Positions 12,191 through 25,498 of a DNA stretch of 64,000 nucleotides are shown here, one piece after another; position 1 is the first letter of the stretch, and every line of letters begins with the position of its first letter. The notes below the pieces were generated by a model that saw only the letters and a list, made by a program, of their open reading frames with translations, ran no database searches and had not been told where the DNA came from. Origin of the DNA: Chiloscyllium plagiosum (lineage: Eukaryota); assembly GCF_004010195.1 (NCBI RefSeq), contig NC_057720.1:11968543-12032542 (forward strand). The letters are read 5' to 3'. Made by a program: the position numbers and the translations under genes.

Positions 12191-14294
12191 AACATTCCTG
12201 TATAGAGCATTCCTCCGTCTGTGTGTCTTTTTCCCCAAATGACTGTGACCTAAGAATAGTTCTTCAGTAACCTTTGAACTGTTTGGAGTGTCCTGTTTAA
12301 AAACCTTTCATAAGCCCCGTCTCTATTGCGAGGTAGAGTTGAATTCAGCAACCCAAATACAAAACCATCTCTTTCCTTAAATGTTACAAAGTTCAACAAA
12401 TGCTGGCTCATACAGCACTCACTGGATACACCAAAACTGAATTATCACACACAAATCTTTTTTTTCCCTTAAAAGAAATTGCATCGAATACACTCTGCTG
12501 AGGCTTCTACAGGTTGAGTGACAATTTGAATGAAATACTGGCAAGAATTACTTCAGGGAAAGGGACAAAAAGCACTGGTTACACAAAATAAACCTTTCTC
12601 ATCAGCCTGTGCAGTATCACTGGAAGAGTTCATATCCATGACTGAGAGATTCAGGCCAGGATATGCAGCCACTGAGCCAAAGTTAACACCCTCTTTCTCC
12701 CTGCCTCCATTTGCTTTAAAGCTTTATATCTATCATCTTCCCACTCTGAATGAAGGTCATCAATTTGAAACGCTGGCTGTTCTGTTAACACCACAGATTT
12801 GCTTGATCTGCTGAGCATTTCCTGATGCTTTCTGTTTTTATTGCAAAATTTCTGCCGAAATGTAGGCTGAGTGTGGATAAACACAACCCCTGGGGGAAAA
12901 ATAAAAGAGTATTGATTAAATGCCCTTAAACCTCAGGAAAGTAAGCTGGTCCTTGACATTATTAAAAATGAATGAAGGGGAAATAACTGCTGCTGAGTTC
13001 ATGTTATTTCTTTTATTGAAGAAGAGAGGCAGTCTCTATTATTATACAGCATTAAAATGACTAACAGAACATCTTCCACTTATTATGCATTCCAACTTTA
13101 CTTCCACAATTCTGTACTTCTGCGACAGTCCAGCACATTTTCACATTGATGATTCTAATGTTACAAACATAACATGCACAGGTGTATGAGAATGAGTACT
13201 TCATTCTAAGAGTTGAGGGAGCCCGATTCTGTTAACTGCAATCATTGTACATTTGTTAAGGTATTCTTGTACATTCCTTACACAAGTTTTTATTTTGTGG
13301 TTTTAAAAAGATGCAGTCAGTTAGAGTCATAATTCCTTCAAAGTGCAAGTTCAACTTAGATCAGCCACAGTTGCAGTTGAGATTTACATGCACATTTAAA
13401 AAATAAATTAACACAAAAAGAAAGCTCAAGGGAAAATCCTGTTAGGAACAGAAAAGTCACATTCTGGCTAATGCATGGTTTCAATTTTACGGAACATTCC
13501 TTCGAGGCACATGCTAAGGAGAATGGCTTCAAATGATCAATTCAATCAGACTGTGGTGCAAGAGCAATTAGTCAGTCCAACAAGCTGTGGACCAATTTTG
13601 CATTGTTTACATAACTTTTACCCTAGAGAATAATCAGCTGCACTTTTAGTGGAATACTTCCAAGAAGTTTGACAAGATTCACATTGATCAGTCCAAACCT
13701 AATAGGTAGAGGCTCCTTTTGTTGTGGATTGAAGTTTACACCGTTACTGTGATGAGAAATTTCTCTTTCGTATTGGTCTGTGCAATGGGAAGCCCATGGA
13801 TTAATGACAATATCACATAAGTTTATTTCAACCAATTGGCAATTGGGTTTTGAGTCATGATGCTCCGGCCATCATAGAGGACAGGGAAGGCTTATGGGAC
13901 CAATCGGCCTTTTCACTATCTGTCACCTCTGTACGTTCAACCCCAGGGATGGTACTGAAAGATGGAGATAGGAGACTCTCTCACTTGTGGCATTTAGAAA
14001 CAATGTTCAGAGAATCGGTGTGACAAGATTCCAGTTGCAACACAGGACTCAATATGTTGGAGAATATATCAAGAGAGATGTGTCAAACACACCAAAATGC
14101 TTTGCTTACAGTGAATTACTTTTGAAGGGGAGTGGCTCAATGTGACTGAAGACAATTTTCAGCAAGAACCCAGAAAGATCAAATTAAATATTGATGAAAG
14201 TTTTAAAAATTGCAGACGCTGTAAATCAAAAACAAAAACAGAAATTGCTGGAAAAGCTCAGCAGGTCTGGCAGCATCTGTGCAGAGAAATCAGA

Positions 14295-14330
14295 GTTAAC
14301 GTTTCGAGTCAAGTGACCCTTCTTCAGAAC
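14295..14330 (-). ncRNA. Minimal hammerhead ribozyme (PLE family 1b), intact core
   Basis: gtt-CTGAAGA-a-gggtc-actt-gactc-GAAAC-GTT-aac. Stem I gtt/aac, stem II with one G-U pair, NUH site GUU. Lies in the fold-back insert 14200-14391. Confidence 0.8.
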
Positions 14331-15269
14331 AGACTTCTCTCTACAGATGCTGCCAGACCTGCTGAGCTTTTCCAAAATTTCTACTTTTGTTTTAAATATT
14401 GATTAAACTGGTTAGGTCTGGATCCACTGAAAACTGACTTGATGAAATAATACTTTGAACTCTTGCCTACCTAGACTAAAAATATCCCAATTGAACATTC
14501 CATTTGTATCATATATTGACTGGATATAAATTTGGCTGAGAGACAAGGGACCAATAGTAGTGATGAACAATAGTAATACTGCCTGAAGGAAGCTTTATAG
14601 TGGGTTTCCTAAAGATTTGTACTGCAATAACTGCTCATCTTGATCCCAATGAATGACTTGGGCTCAGTTGTATGGGGCACACTATCAAAAACTATAGATG
14701 AGACAAGGAAGGATTGTGAACAGTGAGGAGCACAGTGATAGTATTGGAAGAGGACATAGGTTGTTGGAATAGAGACAGGGCACATCTGATGCAAAATAAA
14801 GTGACAAATTTTTGGTGATGATTCCTTTCTGGGGAGATAGTGAGGTAGTGGTAATCCAGAACCCCAGGCTGTTCTGGCGACATGTGTTCACATTCAACTT
14901 TGACAAAATTTAAATTCCATAAAAATCTGGAATGAAAAGACAGCCTTATCAAAGCCACAAAGCTACTGCTGAGTGACATGCAAACACATCTAATTCACCA
15001 ATGTCTTTTAGGGAAGGAAATCTGTCATCCTTATCTGGTCTGGACTGCATGTGAATCCAGGGATTGGTTGGATAGCTGGTGTGTGATGCAGCATGAGGCC
15101 AACAGCACGAGGGCAATTCTTGCACCAGCTGAGGTTATCACGAAGGAATCTCCTTCTCAAATTCACCTCTCACCAGTGACATGGTCACCCTCAGATTAAA
15201 CCACACCAATTCTCTCTCTCTCTCTCCCAAGCAGCCCTATGGTCTGGTAAGACAATGGCAACCATATTT

Positions 15270-15745
15270 CAGGAACGATGCACTTAGAGCGTGTTCAGAG
15301 GTGGTTCACAAGAATAGTCCCAGGAATGAAAAACTTAACATATGAGGAATGTATGAGGACTCTGGGTCTGTACTCGATAGTGTTTAGAAGGATGGGGGGG
15401 ATTCTAATTGAAACATACAGAATACTGAATGGCCTGGACAAAGATGTCGGAAAAATGTTTCCATTGGTAGGAGAGACTAGGACCCGAGGGCACAGCCTGA
15501 CAGTACAGGGAAGATCTTTTAGAATGAAGATAAGGAGAAACTTCTTCAGCCAGAGTGGTGAATCTATGAAATTCATTGCCACAGATGACTGTGGAAGCCA
15601 GATCATTGAGTATATTTAAGACTGAGGTAGATAGGTTCTTGACCATCAAGGGTTACGGGGAGAAAGCAGGAGAATGAGGTTGAGACACTTAGCAACCATG
15701 ACTGAATGACAGAGTAGACTCGATAGGCTGAATGGACTAATTTCT
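15270..15745 (+). mobile_element. CR1 LINE 3' fragment
   Basis: ORF 15278-15619: LERVQRWFTRIVPGM..YEE....LGLYS...RRM.G.LIETYRIL.GLD..TRTRGHSL. Confidence 0.88.
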
Positions 15746-16041
15746 TCTAACTCTAACTTCATCTTTTACATGTGAATCCTGATCCACAGCAATGTGGTCA
15801 ATTCTCAACTGCCCTCTGGGTATTTAGAGATGGGCAATAAATGCTGGCCTAGCCAATAATGCCCAAAATTCCACGAATGGATTAATGTAAAGAGGTTATA
15901 TAAACTGAAGGATATGATTCAAAACGCAATGTAGAAAGAGGCGCATGGGGTACACGTGCATGAATCACTGAAGAAGAACAGGTTTAAAAAATGGATTAAA
16001 AATGCTGGGCTTTAAAATCATGGCACAGAGTACAAAATCAA

Positions 16042-16201
16042 CTAGGAGAAAGTGAGGACTGCAGATGCTGGAGATCAGAGCTTAAAGATGTGTTGCTGGA
16101 AAAGCGCAGCAAGTCAGGCAGCATCAAAGAAGCAGGAGAATAGACGTTTCGGGAAGGGCTTATGCCTGACCTGCTGCGCTTTTCCAGCAACACATTTTTA
16201 A
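16042..16201. mobile_element. PLE family-1 fold-back mini-insertion
   Basis: PLE end followed by its reverse complement; TSD gcacagagtacaaaa(t/g)caa at 16023-16041 and 16202-16220. Confidence 0.8.
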
Positions 16202-17958
16202 GCACAGAGTACAAAAGCAAAGAACATCAATACAGTTACAGGTCAGGATGCTGTGCTACTTTGGAGGGAGCATTTCAGTTGTTAGTGTTCCTATGCATCT
16301 GCTATCTTTATTGTGAGGTGGCAGAGGTCACAGGTTTGGAAGGTGCTGAACGAGCCTTCTAGAGTTAGTGCCGTTAATCTTGGAGATGATACTCACTGCT
16401 GCTTATGGTGCACCATTCGCGTGTGTTTTAGTAGATCGAGTGGTGGCTTCTTTTTGAATGACATCTTTGTTCCGAGAGGTGACAAGCCTAAATGTTGTTG
16501 GAGTTGTACTTATCAAGATAACTGGAGAATATTTCAGTTCTGAAGGGTTACTGGACCCAATTTCTCCACAGATACTGCCAGACCTGCTGAGTTTTTCCAG
16601 CAATTTCTATTTATGTTGGAGAGTATTTCATCACTGTTCTGACTTGTACCTTTCAGATGGTAGACAGATGGGAGTCAGGAGTCAAATTGTTCACCATAGA
16701 ATTCCCAACTGCTGACCTACTCCTGTAGCTACAGTATTTACATGGCTGGTCGAGTTCAGTTTCTGGTCAAGATATTGTACTGCCATTGAACGTCAAGGGG
16801 TGATAGTTAGATTCTCTTCTGTTGGAGATGAGCATTGCATTTTACAAATGTTACTTGCCACTTAACAGCCCAAAACTGAATGTTGTCCAGGCCTTGTGGC
16901 ATGCATGCAGGCACTTACTGCTGTCAGTATTGGATGTCATAACCTTAGTGCACAGAAAGAGGCCTTTCGGCCCATTATATCTGCATTGGTCATTAAGCAC
17001 CTGTCTACTCATTTTCCAGCATAGGGCCCATAGCCTGTGTGTTATGGCACTTCAAGTGACAGATGTTACAATATATACTGAACATCCAATCTTCTGAACT
17101 TATAATGGAGGAAAGGAAATTGATTAAGAAACTGAACATGGTTGGGCCGAGGACATGCATCCTGAGAAAACTCGCACTCGTGATCTGGGTCTGAGAGGGT
17201 CACTGCTCAATAACCACAACCATCATTCTTTGATGTCATACTTGGTCAAATAGTACCTTACTGTCAATGACATTTACTGTCGCCTATCATGTTCCCATTG
17301 GCAGAAGGGTCAAGAAACAGAGGACATGGTTTTATGGTGAATTGTAGATGAATGAAAGGCAGCACGCTGCGGGAGAAAATACTTCCAATGCTTTAAACAA
17401 TGTTATGAAATTCATAAAGTAAGGTGAAGGTGGCAGATTTAATTGTGGTTTTCAATACAGAACTGGATGAGCATCTGTAAGGAGAAAAATAATTATATGT
17501 CAACAGGATAAGGAGGGGAAGTGGAACTGGAACTGGCTAAATTACTCAGTGTGCAAAAGGGGCTCAGCTGGGCAAACGGGCTCCTGTGCTGTAACCATTC
17601 TATTCAGTTGACAATACCTTAAAGTGCTCAGTTATACACTGGATAGCCAGCAGAGAACAGTGACAAAGAAGGAGCCTGATGGCACCTCCAACAATGCAGC
17701 AATTCAGTCAATCCCGGCCCTGATTAGGTGTTCACATCTGTAGATAGGGTTTGAACCCACAACCTACTGACTCAAGAGGTTGGAGTATTCCCAACTGAGG
17801 CGAATCAGCATATTTTCAGATAATTGCTAGAACAGAAGCTTTTCAATATTGTGAAAGCATAGTAAACGATGAAAGGTGATTTCTATTCGTTTTCAAATTT
17901 GTAAAGTGAGCACAGAATTCAGATTAGAGAAGAAATTTTCTCCAGAAAACAGGGAGTG

Positions 17959-17964
17959 TTTATT
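17959..17964 (-). terminator. Candidate USP33 polyadenylation signal (AATAAA), implying a 3' UTR of about 650 nt
   Basis: First AATAAA I found on the minus strand downstream of the stop, at the end of a repeat-free AT-rich stretch. Confidence 0.45.
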
Positions 17965-18590
17965 ACAAGTGGCTACTGATGTAGCAATATTGAAAACAGA
18001 AAACAAACATTTTAAAAACGTAGTAAAATAAGAAGAGGATTAGAAATTAACTGATGTCAAACAGTTAGTGCTGGCACCCATGCAATGGCTTTCTCTATTG
18101 CTTCTAATATAGCTGAACACAATACTGCTGGTTAGCCTGTCCTCCTCATTGCATTTAGCTTCAATTTTTGCAAGCTCTCCTGAGAATATTCCTTTAACAG
18201 CTTACAGTAGCATGGTCAACAGTTGTGAAATCTTTGAATTTTCATCTACAGTACAGTGCAAACAAAAAGATATCAGTGCTTTCCTGAGTCAACTTAATAT
18301 TAGCAACCCATTTCACACTAGTACACTTTTAGTGTGTGGGCCTATCACAGATCAAAGCTACATCACATACCACGAGAAAACACCTCCAACCTTTCAGGAC
18401 AGTTTGTCAGACAAACCAAAAACCTATGTCAAACAATTTTACATAACAGGGTTTGATTGTCCCTAAAACACAAATCATTAATGCCACTGCAGAAATTGTT
18501 TTTCAAAAAAAAAATATATCACACCCTGGAATGCTTAGAATCCAGCATAATTCATCACAGTTGTAGTACTTTAAAATATTTCCTTTGACA

Positions 18591-18745
18591 TTATTGCACC
18601 GGACGGATTTCGACCTCTACTTTCTCTTCAACACACGATGTATCAGGATGGCTTACATTCTGCCGCAGGGTGATCTCTGGGCCCCCTCCATAAATTGTGC
18701 AAAAGTAGTACCAGGTCTCTTCTGAGATCTGGCCGGAATCAGCTC
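18591..18745 (-). CDS. USP33: USP33 last coding exon: (G)[50 protein letters not shown]
   Basis: tatccag acceptor; 155 nt ending in TAA (18593-18591). Matches the USP33 C-terminus pattern [26 protein letters not shown]. Confidence 0.96.
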
Positions 18746-19519
18746 CTGGATAAGAAATTAATGAAACATGACTTAGTATCAGAACACAAGATTCCCTTTA
18801 ACACCACACAGGACTGCTAATCTAGTAAAAGGCACCCACCCAAATAAAATAACCCAAAATGTTTTCAAGATTCCTAGTGTTCACTAGGACAGGATGAGAC
18901 TGGACAATCAAATCCTTCACATGGCCTAGTTGGTCGGTCCACTGTTCTGGACTCACTGCAGATAATTTGCCTGGGTACTGCACTAGAATAGTGAGGTGGT
19001 TGTTTTTGATTGGCACAGACTTGATGAGCCAAAGGGCCTTTTTTTCCTGGACTGCAGACCTCTGACTCTCTGAGGCTCATATCACAGATATTCAGATAAA
19101 TAAAGACTCCTTGAGAGGCTTACTTCTTAAATAACTTCCATATTTGCAATGCATGTGCAAACCTCATACCATATAATGACGATGCTTTAAGCATGGCATT
19201 GGTTGCAAAATGTTTCAACGGAGATTACAAAAAAGAAACACTATGTAAATACAAGCTTGTTTTTCTTGACTGCCTTGGACTTTAGACAAATATGAAGTAC
19301 CACCACAAGCTTGCTGACTGTCATATTGTGTATTCAAAGTCACTTAATATTAACTCTCAGAACAGTATCAGCACTATTTTGTGTCCCCTCCCTATAACAC
19401 TAAATGGATTTATTTAACAGTTGGCTCAGAGTTAAAAGAGCAAGGTTTGGATATTTTATAATATGCTGAATACATACATATAACTCACGGCCATGACTTC
19501 AGGTCTTTTTTTTTTTTTA

Positions 19520-21150
19520 AATTCACTTTATAGGATATGGGCATCTCTGGCTGCTGGCCTTTTATTGCCTGGTTTGCCCTTGAGAAGGTGGTGGTGAGCT
19601 GCCTTCTTGAACCGCTGCAGTGCATGTATGTGCTGTATATAAATCCACAATGCCATTAGGGAGTGAATTCCAGGGTTGTGACCCAGAGACACAGCAGGAA
19701 TGGCAATATATTTCCCTGCTAGAAAGGTGAGGGGAACTTATCAATCATGGTACCTGTTGCACTATCTAGATGGAAGTGGTCATGGTATGGAAAGTGCTAA
19801 GGAATTTTGATAAATTTGTACAGTACAGGGCAACCGCCATATCTGCGGGTCTGGTTACCGCGGCCTGAATATATTACATGGAACATTCCAGAACCAGGGG
19901 GCTGCTGAACGGGTCCGCTACCATCATCTACGGTAGGTCTTGGAACGTATCCCCGCGGATACAGGGGACTTCTTGGAGATAGTACAGTGCTGCTAACTGA
20001 ACATCAGTGCAGGGAGGGAGCAGATGTTTAAAGATGTGGCACTAGTCGAGCAGGCTGCTTTGTTCTGGATGCTGTAAAGCTGCTTGGAGCTGCACTCCTG
20101 ACGGACAGGCTTTGGAGTCCGAGCGGTGAGAATATTAACTGCAGGATTCCTAAACTGATCCTGTAACCACTGTATTTATATGGCTAGGAGAAAATGAGGA
20201 CTGCAGATGCTGGAGACCAGAGTGGAGAGTGTGGCGCTGGAAAAGCGCAGGTCAGGCAGCATCAGAGTAGCAGGAGAATCAACGTTTCGGAAAAAAGCCC
20301 TTCATCAGGAATGAGGCTTGTGGGCCAAGCGAGCTGAGTGGGATGAGGAATTGGTGAAATCTACATTGATTCCATGTGGTTGGATGGTCCCAAGGCAGAA
20401 GAGGAGGTGTTCTTCATCCAAGCGTCGAGTGGTTTGGTGATTGAGGGTCCCAGGACCTGCATGTCCTTGGTGAAGGCTAGTCCAGTTCAGTTTCTGGCCA
20501 ATGGTAACTCCCAGGATTTGATGGTAGGAGATTCAGTGATAGTAACACAATTGAATGGCAAAGGACAATGGCTAGATTCTTTGTTAGAAATGGTCATTGC
20601 CTGCCATTTGATGGGGGACAAATATTACTTGCCACTTTTCAGCCCAAGCCTGGATATTATAGAGATTTGGACATCAACAGCTTCAGTACAAGAAGTTGCG
20701 AATGGTGTGGAAAATTATACAATCACTGACCTTACGATGGAAGTAAGGTTGATGAAGCAGCTGAAGGTAGTTGGGCCTAGGACACTACCCTGAGGGACTC
20801 CCAGAGATGTCCTAGAACTCATGACAAATTTCCAACAACGCACCATCTTCTTTTGTACCATGTAAGGCTATAAACAGTATTCCCCAATTACGTCAACTCC
20901 AGTTTTGCTGAGGCTCCTTAATCCCACACAGAGTAAAATAAGGCATAGATGTCAATGGCAGTCACTGTCACCTGACCAACTCTTTTCCCAAGACTTTTTT
21001 CCAAGTTTGAACCAAGATTTTATTGAGGTCAAGAGCTGACTGCCCCGGTTAAACCCACACTGGGCATCACTGAGCAAATGCTGCTTGACAGCACTGTTGA
21101 TGACACCTTCGGTCATTGTACTAATGATTAAGAGTAGATATTGCATTTGA
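19520..21150 (-). mobile_element. Old CR1/L2-group LINE remnant carrying nested inserts
   Basis: Tail ctgcagcggttcaagaaggcagctcaccaccaccttctcaagggca and RT remnants (GSVLGPTTFSCF-like). Interrupted at 19826-19970 and at about 20188-20474. Confidence 0.7.
19826..19970. mobile_element. Tigger/pogo-type MITE resembling MER44/Tigger7 ends
   Basis: Left end ta-cagggcaacc..ttaccgcgg..atattacatggaacattccagaa; right end (reverse complement) gtcccctgtatccgcggggatacgttccaagacc; CpG-rich. Confidence 0.6.
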
Positions 21151-21730
21151 TCCCAATAATGCCTCCAAGATTCTTCAAATATGAAACTGCAGTTGAAGAT
21201 ATGTGTGGAGATCGTCAGACGAAACTTCAGGTCTGGAATAATTTTCCTTGATAATCAATTCAGGAAAGCTACCCATATAGAATTTACAATACTGAAATAG
21301 GTCTCTTAGCCCATCTCCTTTGAGTGCTCAATTTAATCATTTTCAGGGTCAACCTTCACTTATCCGCGAGTCTAAAACCCTCCTTCCTTCTACCTCTTTC
21401 TCCATTATGTATTTATAGCTTCCAGTTTTGGACTACCACAACCTGGACACATTTTCTTCATATCTAATCCAGTAAACACCATTATGTTTAAGGCCTTTAT
21501 TATTAGGTCACCACTCAACTTTCCCTTTTCTCGGGATAACAACCTCAAATCTTTCAACATTTCCAAAGCTTTGTACTTTCTCTAATCCCTTTTTATTCAT
21601 TTCTTAACAGAGACCAAACCTACACACACTACCTCACATATGTCAAAGGTCAACACAAAGTAGAAATAACATCGATCACTTTTAGTTTTATTAAGAACAA
21701 TCTGTGCAAAATAAAAAAAACGAGTCCTAC

Positions 21731-21799
21731 CTTGTTTTAAAGACATGTGGTTGCTTTTGCCAATAGCTATCTTGGCATTATCAATTGGACCAGGAGGCT
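21731..21799 (-). CDS. USP33: USP33 coding exon (DUSP2): (E)PPGPIDNAKIAIGKSNHMSLKQ(G)
   Basis: tctttag acceptor, gtagga donor; 69 nt. PPGPIDN DUSP motif. Confidence 0.95.
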
Positions 21800-23269
21800 C
21801 TAAAGACATGAAAATAATAAAAGTGTATTAAATCAGAGAAGACCCTTTGAAGTTATGCATAATCACTTATTAACTGGCCATTTATAGAAATGGTGCAAGA
21901 CAGGTTTATCTACCACTATAAATGTATTTTGTAAACAACACGTTGCTTTTTCTCATATGAAGTGAGATAATAATTTTTGTCTTGAAATAGAAAACCACAA
22001 AAGGACTAGCCTCCACTAGATCTATGATGCCCAACTATGATTCAAAACAAGTCTGGTTAGAATTAAATGAAACCTGAAACTGCAAATACCTAAATTTTTG
22101 AAAAAAAATCATACTTGTAGTAACTCACAAAATTGGTAAATTTACACTTCATGACATATCACAAATCAATCTGGTTTAATTTATAAAGCAGTTATGTTAC
22201 TTTTAGCTTACATGATTTCACAATTCCAAATAATACTTCAAAACATTTGCTCCACATGAACTTATAAAACACATCTTCTGTTAGAAGAACTGCAAGGCAC
22301 TAAACTCAGGATAACAAACAACTTCCTTGTGTTTAGTACGTTAGTTTGAGAGATAGTATTTCTGCCAGGAAATACTTCGGTAGTAAATTGAGAAACTGCA
22401 GTCCAAAGTCTGAGGAGCAGGTTGAAAGTAAACAGAGATGAGATAAAACAGCAAAGGGGACATTAAGTATTTTTTCAAAAATCAAAAGTTGTACTGTGCA
22501 GAGAAGCCAGATGCAATAAGTGGCAAAGTTGAGCCCTTGAGAATAAACATATTGAGTGTGTGAATGCTGCGGCAAGTCTGGCTTTCAACACAGGTCAGGA
22601 AATAAACACCGACAACATGAAAATATTTAAAAGGAAATTTCTGGAGCATATAGACATTTAGAACACAGGCTTACCAATTAACATGATTATTTCAACTTGC
22701 AACTATCGTTGCTCTGCATTATAGCCCTTGAATGAAATCTCTCATTAATCCAATTTGGTACAGATTGGATACAATATAGCCTAGCCTATGTTTTATAGAA
22801 AGAATGTAGAGAGGGAGTGCAGAAGATGCAAGAGAGATTTCCGAAACATGATAACAGAACTAAGGGGAAATACCATTCTGTAAAGGTTAAACAGGGTCTA
22901 GGAAACGGAGGACTGAGGAGTGGCCTAATAAGAGGATTTGAAGATTTATGAAAGAGGTTGGTAGAATATACGCAGGGCAGATGGTTACACTTGCAGGGGA
23001 TTCTCCAGAACTAGGGGGTTATAAATGTAAGGCAGTCATTAATAAATCCAGCAGGGAATTCAGGAAAACCCTGAAGTGATGAGAATGCAGAATTCATTAT
23101 CACAAGGAGTAGCTCAGGTCAATATCACAGATGCATTATGGAGAAGTTAGATAACAGCGAGGAAGAAAGGAACACACAGATACATTAATAAAGTTAAAAC
23201 AAGAGAGATGGGAGTGGTTACTGTACAGTATAAACACTGGCATTGACCATTTCTGCACTGAAAACTTTG

Positions 23270-25080
23270 CAAAATGCTTGGATTGCAACTTCAACACATG
23301 ATAGCCCTGTCAGACCAGATACATAAATCCATCAAGGGTAAAATCCTGGCCAGTCTCCTGTCTGGATGCTGAATTTTATCCAGAAACCCAGCATACCTTC
23401 CGGCCATCCTGGAGAACTGTAGACATGGGTCTTCACAGCGACGCAAATCCAAGAAAAACATTGCGAGCAAAATCTAGAATTGTTCCTCACCTTGACTGCC
23501 CTGACTGAAGCACTTTATGTTTTCTATATCATGAAGGCCTAGAATTTGCCTCCTGCCTTAGGATGGTGATGAACTTCAACAGCCAACTAGAGATGTTTGC
23601 ATGACAACATGACTGCTGCTATCCTGAATGGAGGATCAGAAACTGACACCTTTTACATCCAGACCAGGTTCAAAAGAAGGTTACATAAATAGCTCCCATC
23701 TTATTTTATTGAGTGTTTTAATTCACCTCATCCGAGGTGACCACTCAGCCTCAGCGTCAGCATCCAAAGTTTCCAAATGGGAAGCTCTTCAACTTCTGGT
23801 CACTTCCAGGCAGAAACAGGACGCCTGTCCACCATGGACATGTGCAACCTTCAGTTTACAGATATTGGAGCATGATGACTCACTTCACACAGGACCTGCC
23901 AAGTTTGCTCAAACTTTTCAACACCTTGCACATGATACCTGGCCTGCCCTTCAACATAGCTAAAAAGGTCCTCCATTAAGCTCTCCAAGGCCAGGAGAGA
24001 ATCACTTACACCACCTTAGCTGGGCCCTGGAGTAGGTGAAACATTTCCCGATCTCAACAGCTACTTCTCCGAAAGGGACCGCTACCATTGAAGAAATCCA
24101 AGACCAGGTCAACTGTGCCAGCACTACCTTGAGTTTGTGGCAAGCATTTGACAACAGGGATCTTTGGAGGTCAAAGGCCCTGGGCCATAAGACCATGCTC
24201 TAGATAGAAGTTTGCTCACTGAGCTGGAAGGTTCGTTTTCGGACGTTTCATCACCATACTAGGTAACATCATCAGTGAGCCTCCGGTGAAGCACTGGTGG
24301 TATGTCCCACTTCTTATTTATGTGTTTAGGTTTCCTTGGGTTGGTGATGTTATTTCCTGTTCTTTTTCTCAGGGGGTGGTAAATGGGATCCAAGTCAATG
24401 TGTTTGTTGATAGAGACCTGGTTGGAGTGCCATGCTTTTAGGAATTCTCGTGTGTGTCTCTCTTTGGCTTGTCCGAGGACAATGTGTTGTGCCAGTCGAA
24501 GTAGTGTCCTTCCTAATGAGAGGGGGGTCATGTCGTTTTGTGGCTAGTTGATGTTCGTGTATCCTGGTGCCTAGTCTTTTGCCTGTTTGTCACAGTTCTT
24601 GCAAGGCAGTTTGTAATCCTCCCTGAAGGTATGGTCTAGCAGATTTAAACCCTGCTCTTAAAAAAAACAGTTCCGATGGATGGACCATTGCTAACAGATG
24701 CGTGAAAACTGCCTTCCTTGGCAGGTTCTCTTCTTCCAGCTCTTCACAGGTCAACACTCAACACTCATTATCCAAAGGAAAAGATACAAGGATAGGCTTC
24801 AAGTTGCCCTAAAGAGATAGGACTGATTGAGAGGAAAAAGCCGCTGACTGCTCAGCGCAACTTGTCTTCATCCATCGAGGCTTTAAGCCATGAAAACGCT
24901 CAGTGACTTGACTGTGGAATGGCAGCAAAGAGACAGAGATTGGCGAAGGAAGCCAACCTGGGACTGCAAATTTCATTTCCCTACTTTCAAAAAACAAATT
25001 GTGGATCCAAAACTGGGCTCCTCTCTAATCTGAGGTCACATCTTGCCTGAGAGATGTCATCCTCAATTCTGAGGAAGCAC
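23270..25080 (+). mobile_element. Highly degraded RTE-clade LINE remnant
   Basis: Fragments such as ...QRKRYKDRLQVALK and flanking RT C-terminal remnants; interrupted by the PLE at 24200-24615. Confidence 0.55.
24200..24615 (-). mobile_element. Penelope-like element (Poseidon-type, family 2) 3' fragment with hammerhead
   Basis: LGQAKERHTREFLKAWHSNQVSINKHIDLDPIY endonuclease C-terminus, then CTGATGA-t-gttacc-tagtat-ggtgat-GAAAC-GTC at 24239-24279. Confidence 0.82.
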
Positions 25081-25395
25081 TGATGGAGATGGTCTGAACA
25101 TTAAACCTGAACCAAACTAAAGGCTCTGAAGAATGGATAGATCAAATATTTAACTGCACCAATATATCTAAAATGGATGCTAAAAACGAGCTGCGTTAGA
25201 GCCCAGGCCAGAGGAGATATTTTTGTTTCCGCTCCTGTATTTATATAATCTAATGCCAAGTTATTCTCAAAGCATCATCTACTTGGAAAGCAAACAGGAG
25301 TTTAAAAAAACATTTCTGGATTACAAATTAAGACAACTGCCAAAATAACCAATGTTAGTCAATATTACATGCTTACTATATTATAGTTTACATAC

Positions 25396-25498
25396 CATTT
25401 TCCTTGCCTTTGACAAATCCTTCCCATTCTCTAAACCAATGCATGCTAATACAGTAGATAACAGAAGGTGATTCTTCTTCCTGGAAGGCTTTGTTTAG
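25396..25498 (-). CDS. USP33: USP33 coding exon (DUSP2): [34 protein letters not shown]
   Basis: aataaag acceptor, gtatgt donor; 103 nt. Not in the ORF track; found by manual translation. Confidence 0.95.
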
